Assembly (NCBI GenBank): GCA_965203515.1
Contig: OZ241907.1
Location: 3,200,001-3,264,000, forward strand
DNA length: 64,000 nt
Direction: 5' to 3'
From: Spirochaetia bacterium
GTDB lineage: Bacteria; Spirochaetota; Spirochaetia; SZUA-6; Bin103
Below the pieces are notes generated by a model, which searched no databases, was not told where the DNA came from, and saw nothing but the letters and a program-made list of their open reading frames with translations. The position numbers were made by a program, and so were the translations under genes. Shown piece after piece: positions 43,184 through 51,225 of this stretch (position 1 is its first letter; every line of letters begins with the position of its first letter).

Positions 43184-43461
43184 CTCACACAGAGAGAGGA
43201 TCGGCGCGGTCGCGCGCCGCGTCCCGGATGTCGGTCATGCGGCCGGTCAAGTCGCGCCCTCATGCGGGTGTGCGCGGAGTACGGCATGTGATCGAACGGT
43301 GCAGGCGGTCGCCGGCGCTGCCGGTCGGACGAACGGCGGGCGCCGGCCGGCTCGGAGCCGGTCGGGTCGGGGATACATGCATTTGAAGCGGCAGCGCCGC
43401 ACGCGCGCTTGATGGTGTTGAAGGGCGTTGCATCCTCGGCGCGGGCGCGGTGGACGAGGCC

Positions 43462-43538
43462 GTGCCTCACGGTGACACCCGGTCCATCGATTGGGGTAGG
43501 ATCGGGTCAAGGGAACGGATGGCGCTCGGGAGGTTCAG
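43462..43538 (+). repeat. About 77-bp leader/promoter-RBS repeat, copy 1 (others at 44156, 44792, 46735, 48140; partial at 50339..50388)
   Basis: GTGCCTCACGGTGACACCCGGTCCATCGATTGGGGTAGGATCGGG..CAAGGGAACGGATGGCGCTCGGG(G)AGGTTCAG, ending in a GGAGG RBS. Confidence 0.85.
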
Positions 43539-43985
43539 GTGAATCAGGAGTTGATGGCGATCATCGCGACGATCATCGGCGGGACGATCACGCTCGGCGC
43601 CGTCATGTTCGCGTTGATACGCTGGGTCGACGGCCGGTCCCGTAAGGACATGGCGGCGCTCCGGGATGAGCTGAAGGCATGCGAAGGTCGGCTCCGGGAC
43701 GAGATGAAGGCGGGCGACGACCGGCTCCGGGACGAGCTGCAGGCGGTCGATGGCCGGCTCCGGGACGAACTGAAGGCAAGCGAACGTCGGCTCGAAGGAG
43801 CGATCGGCGAGCTCCGGGACGAGATGAGGGCGGTCGACGGCCGACTTGGGGACGGGATCAAGGAAATCACCGAGCGGCTCGTCAACGTCGGGGACCGGCT
43901 GTCGAAGGTCGAGGGCGTCATGGAAGGAATGTTCTGGAGCGCGCGCAACCAGCCGTCCGAGGCGCCGCGAGAGGGGGCGGCGTAG
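43539..43985 (+). CDS. Membrane-anchored coiled-coil repeat protein, copy 1
   Basis: N-terminal TM, 11-residue LRDE(L/M)xAxxxR repeats, tail RLSKVEGVMEGMFWSARNQPSEAPREGAA. Confidence 0.8.
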   Translation: MNQELMAIIATIIGGTITLGAVMFALIRWVDGRSRKDMAALRDELKACEGRLRDEMKAGDDRLRDELQAVDGRLRDELKASERRLEGAIGELRDEMRAVDGRLGDGIKEITERLVNVGDRLSKVEGVMEGMFWSARNQPSEAPREGAA

Positions 43986-44233
43986 CCGGCAGGGCCGGGG
44001 ACCGGCTGACAGGATGGCCGCCATGATCTGTTCGGTTCCGGCCGCTTGCGATCATAAGCTCTAAGGTAGCTTGGCTACATTATCGGTCATGCGGCCGGTC
44101 AAGTCGCGCCATCAGGCGGTGTGCGCGGAGCATGGCGCGATGGACGCGGGCGGCCGTGCCTTACGGTGACACCCGGTCCATCGATGGGGGTAGGATCGGG
44201 GCAAGGGAACGGATGGCGCTCGGGGAGGTTCAG

Positions 44234-44640
44234 GTGAACCAGGAGTTGATGGCGATCTTCGCGGCAACCATCGTGGGGACGATCCCGCTCGGCGCCTTCA
44301 TGTTCGCGTTGATACTCTGGCTCGATGGCAGGTTCCGTAAGAACACGGCGGCGCTCCGGGACGAGCTGAAGGCACGCGAACGTCGGCTCCGAGATGCGAT
44401 CCTGGGACTCGACCGCCGGACGGCGCGCCGGCTTGGCTGTACGTGCTGGTGGAGCATCAATCCACGGTCCGCAGGCGTGACCGGTGGATGCGCCTGCGTC
44501 TGTTGCAGTATTGCTGCCGGATCTGGGAACGCGACCGGCGCCGCAATCCTGCGGAGACCGAGTTGCGTCCGATCGTGACCGGAAGGAGACACCATTAATT
44601 TAACCTCCTGCGTCCAGGCGTCCACGCCGCGCGTGCGTTA
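44234..44640 (+). pseudogene. Multiply deleted coiled-coil + Rpn-B cassette
   Basis: Coiled-coil 5' part joined to Rpn-B internal DNA (about 44414..44577), then the Rpn internal RBS (CCGGAAGGAGAC), then Rpn downstream sequence. Confidence 0.8.
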
Positions 44641-44868
44641 CACCATCACGCGGTCGCGGAGGTCGGCGCGCACGCCGGCGATCCGTACGATGACGAGCCG
44701 CCGGTTGAAGCGGCAGCGCGCCGCGCGCACTTGATGGTGCTGAAGGGCGTTGCATCCTCGACGCGGGCCGGCGCGGTCGACGCGAGCGGCCGTGCCTCAC
44801 GGTGACATCCGGTCCATCGATTGGGGTAGGATCGGGCAAGGGAACGGATGGCGCTCGGGGAGGTTCAG

Positions 44869-45519
44869 ATGAATCAGGAGTTGATGGCGATCATCGCGAC
44901 GATCATCGGCGGGACGATCCCGCTGGGCGCCGTCATGTTCGCGTTGATACGCTGGCTCGACGGCCGGTCCCGTAAGGACATGGCGGCGCTCCGGGACGAG
45001 ATGAGGGCGGGCGACAGCCGGCTCCGGGACGAGATGAGGGCGGGCGACAGCCGGCTTGAAAGAGCGATCGGCGAGCTCCGGGATGAGATGAAGGCGGGCG
45101 ACAGCCGGCTCGAAGGAGCGATCGGCGAGCTCCGGGATGAGATGAAGGCGGGCGACAGCCGGCTCGAAGGAGCGATCGGCGAGCTCCGGGATGAGATGAA
45201 GGCGGGCGACAGCCGGCTCGAAGGAGCGATCGGCGAGCTCCGGGATGAGATGAAGGCGGGCGACAGCCGGCTCGAAGGAGCGATCGGCGAGCTCCGGGAT
45301 GAGATGAAGGCGGGCGACAGCCGGCTCGAAGGAGCGATCGGCGAACTCCGGGATGAGATGAGGGCGGGCGACGGCCGGCTTGAGGACGGGATCAAGGAAA
45401 TCACCGAGCGGCTGGTCAACGTTGGCGACCGGCTGTCGAAGGTCGAGGGCGTCATGGAAGGAATGTTCTGGAGCGCGCGCAACCAGCCGTCCGAGGCGCC
45501 GCGAGAGGGGGCGGCGTAG
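44869..45519 (+). CDS. Membrane-anchored coiled-coil repeat protein, copy 2 (expanded)
   Basis: Same termini as 43539..43985; 2 x 11 aa plus 6 x 18 aa repeats. Confidence 0.85.
   Translation: MNQELMAIIATIIGGTIPLGAVMFALIRWLDGRSRKDMAALRDEMRAGDSRLRDEMRAGDSRLERAIGELRDEMKAGDSRLEGAIGELRDEMKAGDSRLEGAIGELRDEMKAGDSRLEGAIGELRDEMKAGDSRLEGAIGELRDEMKAGDSRLEGAIGELRDEMRAGDGRLEDGIKEITERLVNVGDRLSKVEGVMEGMFWSARNQPSEAPREGAA
44989..45378 (+). repeat. Intragenic tandem repeats: 2 x 33 bp (44989..45054) and 6 x 54 bp (45055..45378)
   Basis: Units encode LRDEMRAGDSR and LEGAIGELRDEMKAGDSR. Confidence 0.92.
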
Positions 45520-45637
45520 CCGGCACAGGGCCGGTGACCGGCCCTGAGCGAAGCGATCGCGTCATGTCTGTTTCAGCCTGCGGCACGGAGCGGGCCGCGC
45601 CCTGCTGGCCTGCTGGCAGCCGGGAACTGATCTGACG

Positions 45638-46651
45638 ATGGCGCAGGACTTGACGCAGCCGCACGACAATCTGTTCCGCGCGGTGTTCGGCGACCCGGCC
45701 GAGGCGGTCGGCCTGCTGCGCGCGCATCTGCCGGCGGCGGTCGCCAACGGCGTGCAGTGGTCGACCCTGTCTGTCGAGGACAGCGCCTTCGTCGCCCCGG
45801 ACCTGAGCGCCACCGAGTCCGATCTGCTGTACTCCATCCGGCGCCGCCCGGACGGCGCGCCGGCTTGGCTGTACGTGCTGGTGGAGCATCAATCCACGGT
45901 CCGCAGGCGTGACCGGTGGATGCGCCTGCGTCTGTTGCAGTATTGCTGCCGTATCTGGGAACGGGACCGGCGCCGCAATCCTGCGGAGACGGAGTTGCGG
46001 CCGATCGTGCCGATGGTGTTCTATCTGGGGAGCGGACGCTGGCGGCACGCCACCGAGTTCTCGGAGTTGTTCGCCGGCGAGGTGCGAGGGTGGAGGTGGC
46101 TGCCGCGCTTCGAGCACGTGCTGATCGACCATTCGGAGACGGAGCCGGAGGGGGTTCGGGGCAGGTTGAAGGGGCGGGTGGCGCAGCTCATCATGCTGGC
46201 GGTGTGCCGGGCTGCGGTGGCATGGCCGGCGTTGGAGCGGGCGTTGCCGTTGCTGGCGGAACTGGCGCGCCGGGGTGGTCGGGAGCAGGTGCGGATGTTC
46301 GTGTTGTACGTGCTGGCGACCCAAGCTGAGGCGATGCGCGAGCGGTTTGCCGAGGAGATGCAGAGGCAGATACCGGGACCGGAAGGAGACGCGATGAACT
46401 ACGTCGAGGAGATCAAGCAACAAGGCCGGCAGCAAGGCCGGCAGGAGGGGCGGCAGGAAGGACGACAGGAGGGGCGACAGGAAGGACGACAGGAAGGGCG
46501 ACAGGAAGGGCGGCTGGAGACCATCGAAGGGTTCCTGCAGGCGGGGATCGGGTGGCCGGTAATCCAGTCCGCCACCGGCATCGACGAGCAGACCTACCGC
46601 GCCCTCAAACGCGACTCCGCCAACGGCGCGGAGCAGGCAGCGCCCCGCTAA
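45638..46651 (+). CDS. Rpn/YhgA-like nuclease, subfamily B copy 1
   Basis: PHDNLFRAVF, ESDLLYS, LYVLVEHQS, MRLRLLQY, IVPMVFYLG..W, QEGR repeats. Confidence 0.92.
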   Translation: MAQDLTQPHDNLFRAVFGDPAEAVGLLRAHLPAAVANGVQWSTLSVEDSAFVAPDLSATESDLLYSIRRRPDGAPAWLYVLVEHQSTVRRRDRWMRLRLLQYCCRIWERDRRRNPAETELRPIVPMVFYLGSGRWRHATEFSELFAGEVRGWRWLPRFEHVLIDHSETEPEGVRGRLKGRVAQLIMLAVCRAAVAWPALERALPLLAELARRGGREQVRMFVLYVLATQAEAMRERFAEEMQRQIPGPEGDAMNYVEEIKQQGRQQGRQEGRQEGRQEGRQEGRQEGRQEGRLETIEGFLQAGIGWPVIQSATGIDEQTYRALKRDSANGAEQAAPR

Positions 46652-47030
46652 CTCCTGCCGTCCAGGCGTCCACGCCGCCCGTGCGTATTCACCGACGGTG
46701 ATGTGGCGTTGCCGGCCGGTGGACGCGAGCGGCCGTGCCTCACGGTGACACCCGGTCCATCGAGTGGGGTAGGATCGGGGCAAGGGGCAAGGTTAGCGGA
46801 ATGGCGCTCGGAGAGTTGGGACCGGCTGTCGAAGGTCGAGGGCGTCATGGAAGGAATGTTCTGGAGCGCGCGCAACCAGCCGTCCGAGGCGCCGCGAGAG
46901 GGGGCGGCGTAGCCGGCACAGGGCCGGTGACCGGCCCTGAGCGAAGCGATCGCGTCATGTCTGTTTCAGCCTGCGGCACGGAGCGGGCCGCGCCCTGCTG
47001 GCCTGCTGGCAGCCGGGAACTGATCTGACG

Positions 47031-48056
47031 ATGGCGCAGGACTTGACGCAGCCGCACGACAATCTGTTCCGCGCGGTGTTCGGCGACCCGGCCGAGGCGG
47101 TCGGCCTGCTGCGCGCGCATCTGCCGGCGGCGGTCGCCAACGGCGTGCAGTGGTCGACCCTGTCTGTCGAGGACAGCGCCTTCGTCGCCCCGGACCTGAG
47201 CGCCACCGAGTCCGATCTGCTGTACTCCATCCGGCGCCGCCCGGACGGCGCGCCGGCTTGGCTGTACGTGCTGGTGGAGCATCAATCCACGGTCCGCAGG
47301 CGTGACCGGTGGATGCGCCTGCGTCTGTTGCAGTATTGCTGCCGTATCTGGGAACGGGACCGGCGCCGCAATCCTGCGGAGACGGAGTTGCGGCCGATCG
47401 TGCCGATGGTGTTCTATCTGGGGAGCGGACGCTGGCGGCACGCCACCGAGTTCTCGGAGTTGTTCGCCGGCGAGGTGCGAGGGTGGAGGTGGCTGCCGCG
47501 CTTCGAGCACGTGCTGATCGACCATTCGGAGACGGAGCCGGAGGGGGTTCGGGGCAGGTTGAAGGGGCGGGTGGCGCAGCTCATCATGCTGGCGGTGTGC
47601 CGGGCTGCGGTGGCATGGCCGGCGTTGGAGCGGGCGTTGCCGCTGCTGGCGGAACTGGCGCGCCGGGGTGGTCGGGAGCAGGTGCGGATGTTCGTGTTGT
47701 ACGTGCTGGCGACCCAAGCTGAGGCGATGCGCGAGCGGTTTGCCGAGGAGATGCAGAGGCAGATACCGGGACCGGAAGGAGACGCGATGAACTACGTCGA
47801 GGAGATCAAGCAACAAGGCCGGCAGCAAGGCCGGCAGGAGGGGCGGCAGGAAGGACGACAGGAGGGGCGACAGGAAGGACGACAGGAAGGACGACAGGAA
47901 GGGCGACAGGAAGGGCGGCTGGAGACCATCGAAGGGTTCCTGCAGGCGGGGATCGGGTGGCCGGTAATCCAGTCCGCCACCGGCATCGACGAGCAGACCT
48001 ACCGCGCCCTCAAACGCGACTCCGCCAACGGCGCGGAGCAGGCAGCGCCCCGCTAA
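47031..48056 (+). CDS. Rpn/YhgA-like nuclease, subfamily B copy 2
   Basis: As copy 1 with one extra QEGR. Confidence 0.92.
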   Translation: MAQDLTQPHDNLFRAVFGDPAEAVGLLRAHLPAAVANGVQWSTLSVEDSAFVAPDLSATESDLLYSIRRRPDGAPAWLYVLVEHQSTVRRRDRWMRLRLLQYCCRIWERDRRRNPAETELRPIVPMVFYLGSGRWRHATEFSELFAGEVRGWRWLPRFEHVLIDHSETEPEGVRGRLKGRVAQLIMLAVCRAAVAWPALERALPLLAELARRGGREQVRMFVLYVLATQAEAMRERFAEEMQRQIPGPEGDAMNYVEEIKQQGRQQGRQEGRQEGRQEGRQEGRQEGRQEGRQEGRLETIEGFLQAGIGWPVIQSATGIDEQTYRALKRDSANGAEQAAPR

Positions 48057-48435
48057 CTCCTGCCGTCCAGGCGTCCACGCCGCCCGTGCGTATTCACCGA
48101 CGGTGATGTGGCGTTGCCGGCCGGTGGACGCGAGCGGCCGTGCCTCACGGTGACACCCGGTCCATCGAGTGGGGTAGGATCGGGGCAAGGGGCAAGGTTA
48201 GCGGAATGGCGCTCGGAGAGTTGGGACCGGCTGTCGAAGGTCGAGGGCGTCATGGAAGGAATGTTCTGGAGCGCGCGCAACCAGCCGTCCGAGGCGCCGC
48301 GAGAGGGGGCGGCGTAGCCGGCACAGGGCCGGTGACCGGCCCTGAGCGAAGCGATCGCGTCATGTCTGTTTCAGCCTGCGGCACGGAGCGGGCCGCGCCC
48401 TGCTGGCCTGCTGGCAGCCGGGAACTGATCTGACG

Positions 48436-49443
48436 ATGGCGCAGGACTTGACGCAGCCGCACGACAATCTGTTCCGCGCGGTGTTCGGCGATCCGGCCGA
48501 GGCGGTCGGCCTGCTGCGCGCGCATCTGCCGGCGGCCGTCGCCAACGGCGTGCAGTGGTCGACCCTGTCTGTCGAGGACAGCGCCTTCGTCGCCCCGGAC
48601 CTGAGCGCCACCGAGTCCGATCTGCTGTACTCCATCCGGCGCCGCCCGGACGGCGCGCCGGCTTGGCTGTACGTGCTGGTGGAGCATCAATCCACGGTCC
48701 GCAGGCGTGACCGGTGGATGCGCCTGCGTCTGTTGCAGTATTGCTGCCGTATCTGGGAACGGGACCGGCGCCGCAATCCTGCGGAGACGGAGTTGCGGCC
48801 GATCGTGCCGATGGTGTTCTATCTGGGGAGCGGACGCTGGCGGCACGCCACCGAGTTCTCGGAGTTGTTCGCCGGTGAGGTGCGAGGGTGGCGGTGGCTG
48901 CCGCGCTTCGAGCACGTGCTGATCGACCATTCGGAGACGGAGCCGGAGGGGGTTCGGGGCAGGTTGAAGGGGCGGGTGGCGCAGCTCATCATGCTGGCGG
49001 TGTGCCGGGCTACGGTGGCATGGCCGGCGTTGGAGCGGGCGTTGCCGTTGCTGGCGGAACTGGCGCGCCGGGGTGGTCGGGAGCAGGTGCGGATGTTCGT
49101 GTTGTACGTGCTGGCGACCCAAGCTGAGGCGATGCGCGAGCGGTTTGCCGAGGAGATGCAGCGGCAGATACCGGGACCGGAAGGAGACGCGATGAATTAC
49201 GTCGAGGAGATCAAGCAACAAGGCCGGCAGGAAGGACGGCAGGAGGGGCGACAGGAAGGCCGACAGGAGGGGCGGCTGGAGACCATCGAAGGGTTCCTGC
49301 AGGCGGGAATCGGGTGGCCGGTAATCCAGTCCGCCACCGGCATCGACGAGCAGACCTACCGCGCCCTCAAACGCGACTCCGTCAACGGCACGGAGCAGGC
49401 AGAGTCCGGGCGCGCTTCCGGGCCTGAGACGGAAGATCGGTAA
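48436..49443 (+). CDS. Rpn/YhgA-like nuclease, subfamily B copy 3
   Basis: As copy 1 with two fewer 4-aa units and a different extreme C-terminus. Confidence 0.92.
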   Translation: MAQDLTQPHDNLFRAVFGDPAEAVGLLRAHLPAAVANGVQWSTLSVEDSAFVAPDLSATESDLLYSIRRRPDGAPAWLYVLVEHQSTVRRRDRWMRLRLLQYCCRIWERDRRRNPAETELRPIVPMVFYLGSGRWRHATEFSELFAGEVRGWRWLPRFEHVLIDHSETEPEGVRGRLKGRVAQLIMLAVCRATVAWPALERALPLLAELARRGGREQVRMFVLYVLATQAEAMRERFAEEMQRQIPGPEGDAMNYVEEIKQQGRQEGRQEGRQEGRQEGRLETIEGFLQAGIGWPVIQSATGIDEQTYRALKRDSVNGTEQAESGRASGPETEDR

Positions 49444-49530
49444 CGACCGGCGCGCACGCCCGGCATGAGTTCCTCTTTGAGGTCGTCAACTTCGGACCGG
49501 TCGGTCACGCCCGCATCGACCTGCGTCGTT
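49440..49530 (+). pseudogene. AAA_15-type ATPase N-terminal remnant
   Basis: Reads HEFLFEVVNFGPVGHARIDLR, the usual NFGP start of these ATPases; no Walker A follows. Confidence 0.6.
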
Positions 49531-49585
49531 CATGGGTCTCCGCCGCGGCGGCGTGCTGGACGCCGTGCCAGCTGCCGACCGCGGT

Positions 49586-50317
49586 CTATGAGGTTGCGCT
49601 TGCGTCCTCGATTTCGTCGATGATGCGCTGCGCTGCTTCCTTGGGCTGATCAGCTCGCAGAACCGGCCTCCCCACCACCAGGTAGTCCGCGCCCTGTCGG
49701 ATCGCGTCGGTGGGGGTGGTGAATCGCGCATGATCGTCCGGCGTGGTCCAGGTTGGCCTGATCCCTGGGGATACCAGCGTCGTATCGGGGAACGCTTGCC
49801 GGCACGCTCCGATAGCGGTCCCGGAAACCACCAACCCGTCGCAGCCGGCCTCCAGCATCGCGCGTCCGCGCTCGATGATGTAGGCGTCAACCCCACCCTT
49901 CGGTTCGACTTCCGGGGTTGCGATGCTGGAGAGGAGCGGCACCATCAGGAATTGCGGGAAGCCGGAACCGCGCCTCGCTTCCCGGCCGGCATCCAACGTG
50001 TGCCGGGTGATGGCGGGCTCCGCCGCTTCCACCAAGGTGACGAACCGAATCCCCAGAGTAGCGGCGCGTTGCACGAAGCTGGTGACGGTATTGCCGATGT
50101 CGCCCGCGATCTTGAGGTCGATGAACACCTTGCCGTCATCCCGCTCCTTGCTCAGACGTTCCAACAGCCCAAACAGGTTTCCCCCAAGGAGTAACTGCAG
50201 CCCGACCTTGAAGAACGACACGTTCTCCAGCTTCCCGACCAGATCGACCGCTTCGTCATGGGTCGAAACGTCGAGCGCAACGATGATGCGTCCATCGCTC
50301 GCTACCGCATGCTTCAT
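49586..50317 (-). CDS. pyrF: Orotidine-5'-phosphate decarboxylase
   Basis: IIVALDV, FFKVG, FIDLKIAGDIGNT, VSPGIRP, GADYLVVGRP. Confidence 0.88.
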   Translation of the reverse strand: MKHAVASDGRIIVALDVSTHDEAVDLVGKLENVSFFKVGLQLLLGGNLFGLLERLSKERDDGKVFIDLKIAGDIGNTVTSFVQRAATLGIRFVTLVEAAEPAITRHTLDAGREARRGSGFPQFLMVPLLSSIATPEVEPKGGVDAYIIERGRAMLEAGCDGLVVSGTAIGACRQAFPDTTLVSPGIRPTWTTPDDHARFTTPTDAIRQGADYLVVGRPVLRADQPKEAAQRIIDEIEDASATS

Positions 50318-50405
50318 GTCTTGCAGCGTATCATGCCTGATGGGGTAGGATCGGGGCAAAGGGAACGATGGCGATCGGGGAGGTTCAATTGATCCAGGTG
50401 ATCGT

Positions 50406-50825
50406 GGAGGTCCCCACCCGGCTGGCCGCGGCACCGGTGGGGTCCACGATCTCGACCTGCGGGTCCGCTTCCTCGTCGCCGGCGGTGGCGATCACGTACA
50501 CCTCGGCGGAGTCGTTGCCCAGGCGCAGCGTATGGAGCGTTTGGTCCAGCGCCTCTCCGTCCCGGTTGAGGAAGAACATCTGATCCCCGCTGCCGCACCA
50601 CGTGAACGAGCGGACGTTCGCGTCATTCGGCGCATCGGCGGCGCAATACGACGGTTCTGGAGGTGGCGGTACTACTGGGCCGTCGGCCGGCTGGCCTGCG
50701 CCACCGCCGGGTGGTGGTTCTACCGGTTCTGCGCCACTGCCGTCGGGCGCATTGGAGCAGCCGATCAGCAGGGCGGCCGCCGCGCCCAGGCGACCGCAGG
50801 GGATAGCCGGGATCGGCCCTGGCGG
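50406..50825 (-). pseudogene. Truncated paralog of the M30 lipoprotein protease N-terminus
   Basis: RSFTWCGSGDQMFFLNRDGEALDQTLHTLRLGNDSAEVYVIATAGDEEADPQVEIVD..AASRVGTS matches about 23308..23527; lipobox LLIGC retained. Confidence 0.85.
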
Positions 50826-50900
50826 CGCTCGGTGGGGTCTTCGCGCAGGGAGCGACGCCCTCAATTGTCCGCCGGGCGCTTGACATCCTGCCCAAGTCAG

Positions 50901-50927
50901 CATCACCCTTTCAGAGAAAGGGTGATG
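50901..50927. promoter_or_regulatory. Perfect inverted repeat, probable antitoxin operator
   Basis: CATCACCCTTTC-AGA-GAAAGGGTGATG, downstream of TTGACA (50880) and just before the toxin start. Confidence 0.7.
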
Positions 50928-50928
50928 G

Positions 50929-51225
50929 GTGGAAGTCATCTTCCAGTCGAACCGGCTCCTCAGATGCTACCAGGACTCGTCGAGAGCGGATCGTGAGTGG
51001 GGCGCCATCGTTGGTCGGCGATACATTCGCATGGTGAATGAACTGATTGCTCTGCCCGAGTTCCAGGATCTGTTCGCAGTCGTGCGGATGCGTGCGCACC
51101 AGTACAAGAGTCGGCCCGGATCGTACGCGTTGAACATGACAGGACGTTGGCGAATGATAGTTCGGCAGAGGGATAGACCTGACCAGGTAGTCGTGGAGGA
51201 TGTGAGCAACCACTATGGTGACTAA
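50929..51225 (+). CDS. HigB/RelE-like toxin (plasmid maintenance killer type)
   Basis: 98 aa; HQYKSRPGSYALNMTGRWRMI...EDVSNHYGD; precedes an HTH antitoxin. Confidence 0.8.
   Translation: MEVIFQSNRLLRCYQDSSRADREWGAIVGRRYIRMVNELIALPEFQDLFAVVRMRAHQYKSRPGSYALNMTGRWRMIVRQRDRPDQVVVEDVSNHYGD

Larger units (their letters stand above)
45428..49402 (+). repeat. About 1.4-kb tandem triplication (coiled-coil 3' end - spacer - Rpn-B - spacer - leader)
   Basis: Rpn-B starts at 45638, 47031 and 48436 (periods 1393 and 1405 bp); intergenic DNA essentially identical. Confidence 0.92.

Noticed and set aside
43235..44110. GTCAAGTCGCGC motif (also reversed near 56620) as a promoter or att site
   Set aside because: It contains TTGAC on the reverse strand but no correctly spaced -10; too short to assign beyond being part of the local duplication.
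44989..45378. Possible CRISPR array
   Set aside because: Units abut with no unique spacers, are in-frame coding repeats, and no cas genes are present.
45428..49402. Triplication as a pure assembly artefact
   Set aside because: Copies differ in repeat number, a few SNPs and the last C-terminus, which favours real duplication; not fully excluded without reads.
26548..49443. Diversity-generating retroelement or invertase shufflon
   Set aside because: No reverse transcriptase or recombinase in the window; repeats are direct and differences are not adenine-specific.
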